Shown: positions 52,533-64,000 of the stretch, piece by piece
Position numbering within the stretch: the first letter of the stretch is position 1
Layout: each line of letters opens with the position of its first letter
Assembly: GCA_951406725.2 (NCBI GenBank)
Contig: OX597833.1
Span: 50,344,001 to 50,408,000 of the forward strand
Direction: 5' to 3'
Source: Octopus vulgaris
Taxonomy: Eukaryota
Length of the DNA: 64,000 nucleotides
The notes under the pieces: generated by a model
Database searches by the model: none
The model's input: only the letters and a program-made list of their open reading frames with translations
Told to the model about the DNA's origin: nothing
Translations under genes and position numbers: made by a program

Positions 52533-52999
52533 TATATATATATATAGTTACATGTGTATGCCAATGATGTCGATACAAATTTTCGAGAAGCAATTCTTAA
52601 AATTATAAAGCGATGTATACCTGAAAAAAACTGAAAAAATCCCCCATAAAACAAACAAATGACAACATGTAAACCTGAAAGATATAATATTAAAGTTAAC
52701 AAAATGTCCATTGAAAAGCTTTTCGTAAACGTTGTCAATAGATTAGACAAGAACTCAAAAGACGCGATAAAAATAGAAAAATACGAAGGAAAGAAATTGT
52801 TTTATTAATAACTTCAATTGTATAGGTGAGAGAAAAATCGGGTACCATATTTTTTTTATTTATTTTAGGCTTAGCATGCCAAACAGATTTAGAATAAGAA
52901 AATGAAATTTGAAACGGTTTATTATCAAAAATAATTAGCAACAAAAGTGAATGTATTTTATAGAATTTGCTCCACTAAATGCTAGCGAATAGCTCTTGG

Positions 53000-53065
53000 A
53001 GTTTCTTTTCTTTCTTTCTTTCTTTCTTTCTTTCTTTATTTATTTCTTTATTTATTTTCACTCCT

Positions 53066-53105
<40 letters not shown>

Positions 53106-53139
53106 TTTTCCTTCTTTCTTTCTTTCTTTTTTCCTTTTT

Positions 53140-53175
<36 letters not shown>

Positions 53176-53710
53176 TCCATATGCGTTTGTGTATTTGTAT
53201 GTAAGTGTGTATGTGTGTATATATGTACATATGTGTCTGTGTGTGTATGTATATGCATGAGTGTGTATGTGTGTTTGTGTGTGTGTGCGACGCGCGTGCC
53301 TGTCTGTGTATGTGTGTATGTGTCTGAGCGTCTGTGTATGTATATGCATGACTGTATGTGTGTGTTTATGCGTGTGTGTGCGTGCGTGTCTGTGTATGTG
53401 GGTATTTCTTTCTTTCCATATGTGTTTGTGTATTTGTGCGTATATAAATGTGTATGTAAGTGTGTATATATATATATACGTATGTGTCTGAGTGCGTGTG
53501 TGTATATGCATGAATGTGTATGTGTGTTTATGTGTGTGCGTGCGTGCGCATGTCTGTGTATGCGTGTATGTTTGTGTCTGTGCGTCTGTATATGTATATG
53601 CATGAATGTATGTGTGCGTGCGTGTCTGTGTATGTGTGTATGTAATGTGTGTATGTATGTTTCTGAGCATCTGTATATGTATATGCATGAATGTATGTGT
53701 GTGTGTGTGT
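53000..53710 (+). repeat. (TTTC)n followed by a degenerate TG/TA minisatellite with higher-order units
   Basis: Recurrent GTATATGCATGA.TGT unit x5; TTTCTTTCCATATG anchors at ~53168 and ~53410. Confidence 0.8.
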
Positions 53711-54287
53711 GTTATGTTACAAGCTAAGTGAAACCAGAAGAGAATCTTAGTTAAGCATAAGATCTCGCGTATTCAGTACCATGAGAATACGAAAAGCGAA
53801 AGTTTCGTTACTTTCAAAAGAGCCTTTCTATCACAGTAAAGAAAAAATATCCCTATGCTATATACACTAAGATATAGAGTGAAAGTGGAGGAGGAAGAGA
53901 GAGAGCAAGAAAGAGAGAGAGAGAGAGAGAGAGACAAAGAGAGAGATGGAAGGAAAACAGAAAGATGTAGGGAGATGCAGTTTATATTTTTGAATATGAC
54001 GCAGAATAGATTTAATGATCTGACATTAAGATAGAACTGCGGTAAGCCTTGAATTTGACTCGACTCTGTAGAGTTGCCTTAAAGCGGTGGTTTGATGACT
54101 GAAGATAAAGATAAATGCAGAGAAAAGGAGAGATGACATTGGAAACTCAATGGAAAAAATGAAGAATAATGAATTGAAAAGCTGTTGCGGTAGGCAAATA
54201 CGAGGTAAGTTTACAAAGAAGATGAATTCAAAAGATGGCGAGCATGGGGAATTTTCGAAGCTGGTAGAGAAGCAGAAAGCCACAAAA

Positions 54288-54350
<63 letters not shown>

Positions 54351-54549
54351 TGATAATAATAATAATGATGATGATAATAATAATCCTTGTCTATCGTAAC
54401 ATCAAGCAGAAATTTTATTGATAGGGTCAAGTTGGCTACAGGCAAAGACAGGTGTATATGACACAAGACAAGACACGTATTTAGATCATGGAATCATCCC
54501 TAAATCTGTATTGAATATAATTCCTTTTAATTTCTTTCTCTTCGTACTT

Positions 54550-54667
<118 letters not shown>

Positions 54668-54696
54668 CTATCTATCTAAATATCTATCTATCTAAA

Positions 54697-54790
<94 letters not shown>

Positions 54791-55282
54791 CGTATCTTAT
54801 CTGAGCTTCCTTATAAACGTTTCCGTCATATTATCAATAAATATGTCTGCACGTCGGATTCACTGCCTGTCTTTCTTCTTTTTTACTTTCTGCACTTCTT
54901 TTTTCTCTCTCTCTTTCTAACTTCTTAGTTTTAGAATTACATTTCTTCCAAATTCTCTATAATACTAAATTCGAAGAATTGCAATGTTTGACGCAGCTTT
55001 GGCAAATTTCTTCCTATCTTTCTGGTAACTTCTTCAGCAGCCCCACCACTCGCTCACAGCTCAGATCTCATTCCTATTCAAATCCCATTACTTAAGGACG
55101 ATCAGCCGTAGAATGCCAACTCAAAAGTTTGTTCATGACATACAGAAATATTTGTCCCTGCGAGTGCAAACTCTGGGGAACAGCGAAAGCTACAAGTCTA
55201 CAACAAGCGGTCTCTAAAACTTGTAAGTGCCTTACAAACAGCATGTTCCCAAAAATTTCAGGCTTTGTGCCTAAAGTAGATA

Positions 55283-55501
55283 TACTCTTTTACTCTTTTA
55301 CTTGTTTCAGTCATTTTGACTGCGGCCATGCTGGAGCACCGCCTTTAGTCGAGCAAGTCGACCCCAGGACTTATTCTTTGTAAGCCCAGTACTTATTCTA
55401 TCGGTCTGTTTTGCCGAACCGCTAAGTAACGGGGACATAAACACACCAGCATCGGTTGTCAAGCAATGCTAGGGGGACAGACAGACACACAAACATACAC
55501 G

Positions 55502-55555
<54 letters not shown>

Positions 55556-55720
55556 TACGACAGGCTTCTTTCAGTTTCCGTCTACCAAATCCACTCACAA
55601 GGCATTGGTCGGCCCGGGGCTATAGCAGAAGATACTTGCTCAAGATGCCACGCAGTGGGACTGAACCATGAACCATGTGGTTGGTTAGCAAGCTACTTAC
55701 CACACAGCCACTCCTGCGCC
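55283..55720 (-). mobile_element. SINE-A, full length, young
   Basis: Reverse complement of consensus. Confidence 0.94.
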
Positions 55721-55973
55721 TATTATCAAAATTATAATCATCATTAGTGAAGACGCGTGACCTAGTGGTTAGGCAATTGCACTCACGATCGCTAGATCGT
55801 TGGTTCGAATACCTGACTGGGCGGCGCGTGATAATCATCGCCAACAAGAACATATCAATAACAAGGCTGGAAGATACAATTCTATATTTAAGAGATTAGG
55901 AATTATGTACACTACTTACATTACTTACTTTATTTACATTCGACGGATATTTGTCCTCATCTTGTTTGTTGTC

Positions 55974-56019
55974 AGCACAACGTTTCGGATGATATACCCT
56001 TCAGCCTTCATCAGGTGTC
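55974..56019 (-). ncRNA. Minimal type I hammerhead, inverted copy
   Basis: GACAC-CTGATGA-AGGCTG...CATCC-GAAA-CGT-T-GTGCT; one mismatch each in stems I and II. Confidence 0.65.
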
Positions 56020-56031
56020 TTGGGGCAGTGA

Positions 56032-56134
<103 letters not shown>

Positions 56135-56205
56135 GTAGTAATAATAATAATAACAACATCGAAAAATACCTTAGGAATGAGAACCCAGGTTCGAAATTTC
56201 TCCAA

Positions 56206-56251
56206 GACACCTGATGAAAGCTGGAGAGTATATCAGCCGAAACGTTGTGTT
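56206..56251 (+). ncRNA. Minimal type I hammerhead (Penelope-type)
   Basis: GACAC-CTGATGA-AAGCTG...CAGCC-GAAA-CGT-T-GTGTT; loopless palindromic stem III ACGT; predicted cut after GUU at 56246. Confidence 0.8.
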
Positions 56252-56896
56252 AACAACAAACAAGATGAGGACACATATCCGTCGAATGTAAATAATGTAA
56301 ATAATGTAAATAATGCAAATAAAGGCTGGAAGAGTAAATTTCCATGAATGAAAAAGTGAGAAAAACTAGTAGAGGGATGGATGAATTAGCCGGATGCACC
56401 TGGGTAGCCCAGCATAGAAAATCTGAGGTTAACCCAACACCACGTCAAGTATGTAGCTTACATCTACATAAATATCCACGCGTGCCGGTGTCTGTTTAAA
56501 TATTTCTCTTTCCACCATTAGTATCTCTCTCTCTCTTTCTCTCCCTTTATCTCCCCCCTCTCTCCCCCTCCACCCTCTCACACTCTTTCTGTCTCTCTGA
56601 TAACTTAGACAGACATTGTATATTCACGCCATGTTTGTTCTATATCTTATATATCAGTTTTCTTCTGTTCCGGTTTTGTTAAGTCCGTCGTAAATATGAC
56701 CATATGGATAATCCCTTTGATCTTCACAAACTTCAAAACGGAATGATGAGAGAGAAAATGGGGCTTTTTTCTTAATTACATGGCAATGAAACATTTAATA
56801 TAAACATGCAGATGCAAAAATGAAACACACTACACACAACCATGCACATATATATACACATATATATATATATATATGTGTACGTATATCTATTTT

Positions 56897-56943
<47 letters not shown>

Positions 56944-57135
56944 ATACATATATATGTATATATGTATGTTTGCAACTCATATATATATATATAGATGGAT
57001 ATATATATATATACATAGATAGATACAATTCATCTTAACACGACACGCATGAAGTAAAAGACAATGAAAGCCATGCTGTTATTGCTGTTGTTGTTGTTGT
57101 TGTTGTCATCATCATTATCATCATCATTACTATTA

Positions 57136-57173
<38 letters not shown>

Positions 57174-57273
57174 ATTATTATTGTTACTATTATTGTTATT
57201 ATTATTATTATTGTTATTATTATTATTATTATTATAATAATTATTATTGTTACTATTATTGTTATTATTATTA

Positions 57274-57318
<45 letters not shown>

Positions 57319-57783
57319 TCTTTAACATACAGTTTGCTCTGTGGGGCACCTAATTCATCAGCTGTCGACTGCAAATCACAATGATTTTGACATATTACAA
57401 CAATATCATTTCCTGCCGAAGTAACATACAAGACGAACAATACCGGGAAATACCCTGGTTCGTCTTTCCTTTGCTTGCTCCTTTCCACCCGACTTCCATG
57501 GTTTTGCATGTAGCCGCCACATGTCTTTAAACCGCCAAACGAACAGCAATATTTTTGCTTCAATATTTTCCAAGGATTTGTCATTTGTTCTCAGCATTGA
57601 AGCTTATTCTCACAGGCATAGGTACAGGCATGGCTTTGTGGTTTATAAATATGCAGTAGCTGGGTGAGTTTTGGTTCGATCCCGCGGCCAGACTTCTTGG
57701 GTAAGTGACTTCTACTTTAGGCGCAGTTTCATCAAACTCTTTCGAGTGAGATTAGTAGACTAAAAAGTTGTAAAATTTCCTAT

Positions 57784-57815
<32 letters not shown>

Positions 57816-57886
57816 TGTATGTATGTATGTATGCATGTATGTATGTGTGTATGTATGTATGTATGTGTGTGTGTGTATGTATGCAT

Positions 57887-57998
57887 GTCATTATTCAGTT
57901 TATTTCAAGATTTCTTATCATTAGAGAAAGAACCGGTTTCTAACTTAAATCCAAGGTTCCTTCATTGGAATTTCAGCATCAACAACAGGGTATTTGTG

Positions 57999-58034
<36 letters not shown>

Positions 58035-58493
58035 TGTATGCATGTATGTATGTATGTATGTATGTATGTATGTATGTATGCATGTGTGTATTAATGTATG
58101 TATGTATGTATGTATGTATGTATGTATGTGTGTATGTATGTATGTATGTATGTATGTATGTGTGTATGTATGTATGTATGTATGTGTGTATGTGTGTATG
58201 TATGTATGCATGCATGTATATATGTATGTATGTATGTATGTATGCATGTATTTATGCATGTATGCATGCATGTATATATGTATGTATGTATGTATGTATG
58301 CATGTATTTATGCATGTATGCATGCATGTATATATGTATGTATGTATGTATGTATGCATGTATGTATGTCATTATTCAGTTAATTTCAAGATTTCTTGCC
58401 ATTAGAGAAACCTATATATAACAAGGGGGTTTCTAACTTAAATCCAAGATTCCTTCTTTGAAATTTCAACATCAATAACAGGTTATTTGTGTA
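57887..58493 (+). repeat. Two ~115-125-bp units (57887-58000, 58368-58493) embedded in (TATG)n
   Basis: GTCATTATTCAGTT.ATTTCAAGATTTCTT...AATCCAAG.TTCCTTC...ACAGG.TATTTGTGTA occurs twice. Confidence 0.85.
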
Positions 58494-58503
58494 TGTATGT
58501 ATG

Positions 58504-58537
<34 letters not shown>

Positions 58538-58820
58538 TGTATGGATGGATGGATGGATGGATGGATGTGCAGATTTGTATGTTTTATGTATGTATTCTCA
58601 TGCATATAGTTTCATATCTAGACATGCCCACATATATTTAAGAGATAAACTTCTGGAAAGTTTTACAGATTTTTACACTTCCAGTGATAACTCAACAAGA
58701 AATCATTATGTGAATGGACCCTAAACAAAACTTGACTTAAAAAGGATTTAGATAATCCTATCAGGTGGTGCTATTTAGTTAGACATGGCCTGGACCAATC
58801 TTTGGTCGAAACATATCTAA

Positions 58821-58862
<42 letters not shown>

Positions 58863-58923
58863 TACATATGTAAATATGTAATGTACGTATGTTTGTATGT
58901 ATGTATATATATGTATATATGCA

Positions 58924-58967
<44 letters not shown>

Positions 58968-59011
58968 CATGCATACATCCATACAAATATACATACATAT
59001 TTATATATGTA

Positions 59012-59049
<38 letters not shown>

Positions 59050-59075
59050 TACATATATATATGTGCATAATTATT

Positions 59076-59119
<44 letters not shown>

Positions 59120-59619
59120 CCTACATAGTTGTATTTATATATATGTACACGTGTGTGCATGTATGTTTACATACATAGTCATATATACATATGTATGAAT
59201 ACACACGCACACACCGATACACAGACACACATAGGCATGTACATATCTTCATATCTATATAAGCTATCTTTGTCTTTTTCGACCGTCATTTTTCGTTGTT
59301 GTATCCTTGTTTTATATAGTCATGCTACTCTTGCGTGATATTTGTATCTTCGTTGTCCATTTAAAAATACTCACAATACTACCTCTGTTTACAAACTACA
59401 CCTGCATGTTATGGATAGAGATTAAATTTCTTACTCACACCCAATTTTTGTTTGAAATATATTCGCATCTGCACGGACTTAGAGTAAGGCGTGGGTCTTT
59501 AGGATGGTTTTAACAAAACTTCGGAATACTCACACGAACAACATCAAATGAGAATACTAACGGCTGCATACTACGAACACGCGATGAGGAACAATTTGTT
59601 GTACATACTGTTTTTAGTG

Positions 59620-59965
59620 TGAAGGCGCAAGGCTCAGTGGTTAGAGCGTTAGAGCTTACGATCGTGAGGTTGTGAGTTCGATTCCCGGACCGGACCGGGC
59701 TGCGTGTTGTGTTCTTGAGCAAGACACTTTATTTCACGTTGATCCAGTTCACTCAGCTGTAGAAATGAGTTGCGACGTCACAGGTGCCAAGCTGTATCGG
59801 CCTTTGCCTTTCCCTTGGATAACATCAGTGGCGTGGAGAAGGGAGTCTGGTATGCATGGGCGACTGCTAGACTTCCACAAACAACCTTGCCCTGACTTGT
59901 GCCTCGGAGGGTAACTTACTTTCATGGTGCAATCCCATGGTCATTCATGACCGAAGGGGGTCTCC
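59620..59965 (+). mobile_element. SINE-D, full length
   Basis: A box GGCTCAGTGG, B box GAGTTCGATTCCC, CORE-like TGTGTTCTTGAGCAAGACACTT, tail GGTCATTCATGACC hairpin. Confidence 0.9.
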
Positions 59966-60092
59966 TCCTCCTACTGGTTGTAGTCTGTTGTGTTTTCTCT
60001 GAAAGCGACTATGTGGTTGTTAAATCTGATAAAAATTATGGCAAAATTATCCTCAAAATTCTTCCGTCTTCCAAACTGGCGTGAAACATAAA

Positions 60093-60478
60093 TCCACCCA
60101 GCTGGCAAAAATGAGGAGTTCTTGTATTTCAAAGGGCTAGCCTTGTCAGATTATCTGTCACGCTGAATCTACCTGAGAACTATATTAAAGGTACGAGTGT
60201 CTGTGGAATGCTTAAGCCACTTACAGGTTAATTGCATGAGCAGGATGTTCCGTTGATCAGATCAACAGAATCACCATCGTGACGACGGAGTGCCAATTTG
60301 TTTTTCATGTGGGGTTAGAACACGCTACATCGAAATAGAAGATAGGATGGTCACAACTGGAGTGGCTGGTATGCATGGGCAGCTGGTGGTCTTCCACAAA
60401 ATGGCTTGCCCGGATTTGTGCCTCGGAGGGTAACTTTCTAGGAGCAATCCCATGGCCATTCATGACCGGAGGGGTGTC
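60093..60478 (+). mobile_element. SINE-E 3' part (60093-60297) and SINE-D 3' part (60364-60478)
   Basis: Homology to ~38494-38670 (reverse complement) and ~59845-59965. Confidence 0.75.
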
Positions 60479-60531
60479 ACCACATCTATATGTACATAAT
60501 CACCCTCTCTCTCTCTCTCTCTCACTGTGTA

Positions 60532-60580
<49 letters not shown>

Positions 60581-60583
<3 letters not shown>

Positions 60584-60718
60584 GTGTGTCTGCGTGGTAA
60601 GAAGCTTACTTCCTTACCACATGGTTACGGGTTCAGTCCCACTGCATGGCAGTTTGGTGAGTGTCTTCTATATCCTCGAACCGACCAAAGCCTTGTGAAT
60701 GAAAGAAGCCTGCCGTAT

Positions 60719-60762
<44 letters not shown>

Positions 60763-60950
60763 ATATATATATATGCATATATATATATATATATATATAT
60801 ACTTTATTTAAAGCAGCAGAAAATTCAACAAAACTTGAAACTCAGAGTAACAGGTTGAATTTTCTGCTGCTTTAAATAAAGCATATTACTCTACCACTGG
60901 TATTTGAGTACTCTTTTTTCCACCTTGTTTCACATTTATATGTTTACTCC

Positions 60951-61018
<68 letters not shown>

Positions 61019-61240
61019 TGTGTGTCTATATTTGTTTGTTTGTTCCACCACCGTTGCTTGACAACCGATGATAGTGTGTTTACGTGCCCGTAACTTAGAG
61101 ATTCGGTAAAATATATCGATAGAATAAGTACTAGGCTTACAAAGAATAAGACCTGAGATTCATTTCTTCAACTGAAACCCTTTAAGGCGGTGCTCTACCA
61201 CGGCTGCAACAAATGACTGAAACAAATAAAAGAATAAAAA
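60581..61240 (+). mobile_element. SINE-A, diverged, with nested fold-back insert
   Basis: 5' half 60581-60715; 3' half 61018-61240. Confidence 0.85.
60802..60881. repeat. Perfect 28-bp hairpin, 24-nt loop
   Basis: CTTTATTTAAAGCAGCAGAAAATTCAAC / GTTGAATTTTCTGCTGCTTTAAATAAAG. Confidence 0.95.
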
Positions 61241-61442
61241 AATATATTCTGTGTGTGTGTGTGTGTATGTGTGCGCATGCGCGCGTATATTGCTGACTCC
61301 TACATCTAAATGCACATATTAACATGCCAATGTTTTGCAATAATGTAGCTGAAATGAAATTACTTCCGTGGAGCTTTTGGCATATTCACCTCTCACCAAC
61401 TAGACTCTCACATAAAACTGTGAGATGGAGATTTTGAATACG

Positions 61443-61489
<47 letters not shown>

Positions 61490-61658
61490 ACACAAGCACA
61501 CATATGTATATATTTATTATATGCGTGTGTATGTGCTTGTGGGTGCGCGCGCTTATATACATAGGCATGTATATGTGTGTATGCATGTATATATGGATAC
61601 ATATATATGTATGTATATACATATATACATACATATATACATGTATGTATATATATAC

Positions 61659-61693
<35 letters not shown>

Positions 61694-61828
61694 CATACAT
61701 ACATATAGATATACATACATATATATATTTTCATGTATATATACATATATATATTTGTATATATATATATGTATATACATACATACATATATATATACAC
61801 ACATATATATCTATATGAATATATATAA

Positions 61829-61877
<49 letters not shown>

Positions 61878-61999
61878 AATTCTGACACATTACAAATTAT
61901 GTACACAGTGTACACATTTTTATACCGAATACTTTGAAATATAGTTTATTACATTACTGATAAGTTCTGTTGCAACCAATTAATGTAATAAAAAGCATA

Positions 62000-62600
62000 G
62001 GTATCATGTTCCGGTTTATAGACGGAAATTGTAAACTTGAGCCGATCCCAAGCACTTCCTTCTTAATGTACTTAGTTTGAAGACTGAAATCCTATATACA
62101 GATGTCAAACCATTTGGATGCTTTAAGTCGTTGAGTCATTTTTTCGGATAACTTATTGATGTGAAATGGTGTGCATCAAACGGAGGATTATTGAGTGCAG
62201 AAAATGTTCAATATACTTTATGTTTCTGTGAATTTAAGAATTAAAAATTAAATTTAAAATCTGGAGTCAACATTGGTAACACATTCACTGATTTTCTTAC
62301 CGTTTGAAATTTTTTCTGTATAGGTAAAATTTACTTTGTATTTGTCTGAAGATTATGATTTTACTGTCTTTGTCAAATCTGTTTCTTAAATCCTATGGTT
62401 TCCGCAGGAATAAGGCGCCGGGCTTTTCGAAACGATGTTCGAGTTTACGAATGATTATAACTCTGTATGGGCAATGGGCAACTTCCAAGTGTCTCTTTTG
62501 GCCTGGTTGTTTTCTCGAGGTCTTTGCTAGTTTGGAGTAAGCTGTACTCTAATATCATTAGCCATTATTCAGACTCTTCTGAGGTGCTCGCAGAGCAATG
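62000..62600 (-). pseudogene. Possible heavily decayed non-LTR reverse transcriptase (RTE-like)
   Basis: Weak ordered resemblance to KKGD..C..YRGI, AFD.I.H and IQM..HLY.GF motifs across frameshifts. Confidence 0.3.
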
Positions 62601-62815
62601 AATTTCTCTTCGTACCGGTATAGTGGTGGAGGCGCGTGGCTTAGTGGTTAGGGTGTCAGCACCATGATCGTAAGTCTGTGGTTTCGATTCCTGGACCGGG
62701 CGACGCGTAAGTTTGTGACTTGGTATATGACTTGGTTGCTATTTTTAGCAAGTCAAGTGTCCACATTCTACTGTTGACTTGTCTCAAGATTAAATAGCTT
62801 ATGTTGTTTTAAATG

Positions 62816-63061
62816 TGGAGGCGCGTGGCTTAGTGGTTAGGGTGTCAGCACCATGATCGTAAGATTGTGGTTTCGATTCCTGGACCGGGCGACGCGTTGT
62901 GTTCTCGAGCAAAACACTTCATTTCACGTTGCTCCAGTCCACTCAGCTGGCAAAAATGAGTAACGCTGCGATGGACTGGTGTCTCGTCCAGCTGGGGAAC
63001 ACATACGCCATAGAAACCGGGAAACCGGACCCATGAACCTGGCTAGGTTTTAAAAGGGCAC
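62816..63061 (+). mobile_element. SINE-C, full length (head-only duplicate at 62627-62708)
   Basis: TGGCTTAGTGG A box, GGTTTCGATTCC B box, CORE-like body, CTGCGATGGACTGG...GAAACCGGGAAACCGG tail. Confidence 0.92.
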
Positions 63062-63114
63062 AGAACCGGTATACTGGCCTTACGCTCACAATTTGTAGCT
63101 AAGTTGAACAAATG

Positions 63115-63277
63115 TCGCAGGAGTGGCTGTGTGGTAAGTAGCTTGCTAACCAACCACATGGTTCCGGGTTCAGTCCCACTGCGTGGCATCTTGGGCAAGT
63201 GTCTTCTGCTATAGCCCCGGGCCAACCAATGTCTTGTGAGTGAATTTTGGTAGACGGAAACTGAAAGAAGCCTGTCG

Positions 63278-63329
<52 letters not shown>

Positions 63330-63547
63330 TGTGTTTGTCCCCCTAGCATTGCTTGACAACCGATGCTGGTGTGTTTACGTCCCCGTTACTTAGCGGTTCG
63401 GCAAAAAAGAGACCGATAGAATAAGTACTGGGCTTTCAAAGAATAAGTCCCGGGGTTGATTTGCTCGACTAAAGGCGGTGCTCCAGCATGGCCGCAGTCA
63501 AATGACTGAAACAAGTAAAAGAGTAAAAGAGTAAAGAGTAAAGAGTA
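63115..63547 (+). mobile_element. SINE-A, near full length, young
   Basis: Consensus match with tandem tail. Confidence 0.94.
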
Positions 63548-63794
63548 TGTAGCTACGAATCCGATTATTGACTAATTCCATCGGCAGTGAAGGCGAAAGA
63601 GTTACAAATAATTTTTTTCTCTTCGTTTTCTGTTTTTTTTTTTTTTTTTTCAGTTCCAGAAAACTTTTGGAATGTTTGAAAATTCATCTTCATTTATGCG
63701 CAGGAGTGGCTGTGTGGTAAGTAGCTATAGCCGCAGGATTCTTCAACAAATCCAAAGGGGATTTTCCCTATACAGAAAAAAGAAAAATTTCCAT

Positions 63795-64000
63795 AGGCGT
63801 AGGAGTAGCTGTGTGGTAAGTAGGTTGCTTACCAACCACATGGTTCCGGGTTCAGTCCCACTGCGTGGCATCTTGGACAAGTGTCTTCTACTATAGCCTC
63901 GGGACGACCAAAGCCTTATGAGTGGATTTGGTAGACGGAAACTGAAAGAAGCCCGTCGTATATATATATGTGTGTGTGTGTTTGTGTGTCTGTGTTTGTC
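63795..64000 (+). mobile_element. SINE-A 5' half (runs out of window)
   Basis: Head GGCGTAGGAGTAGCTGTGTGG. Confidence 0.92.

Noticed and set aside
54121-54209. Possible exon ending in a perfect GAG|GTAAGT donor
   Set aside because: No polypyrimidine tract at the candidate acceptor; peptide unrecognisable; no partner exons
57030-57597. 184-aa minus-strand ORF
   Set aside because: Half is poly-Asn from (AAT)n; the remainder has no recognisable domain

Overview
AT-rich, repeat-saturated animal genomic DNA with no recognisable host protein-coding exon (intergenic or deep intronic). The SINE and microsatellite make-up resembles octopus/coleoid cephalopod genomes; this is inference from recall, not a database match. 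Nearly all listed ORFs are microsatellite artefacts. Content: (1) dozens of tRNA-headed SINE copies from about five families (my labels A-E) that share and swap modules; (2) a full-length but inactivated Tc1/mariner element, probably DD41D (51288-52532); (3) decayed retroelement relics: Gypsy gag, the 3' end of a CR1/L2-like LINE whose tail matches the SINE-A tail, and a CRE-like restriction-endonuclease LINE; (4) MITEs and possible Helitron ends. The most interesting signal is a set of mostly unrelated short non-coding fold-back elements. Several carry minimal type I hammerhead ribozyme motifs with a palindromic stem III, typical of Penelope-like elements; the best are 38991-39262 and 55875-56321. 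All structures and alignments were read by eye.
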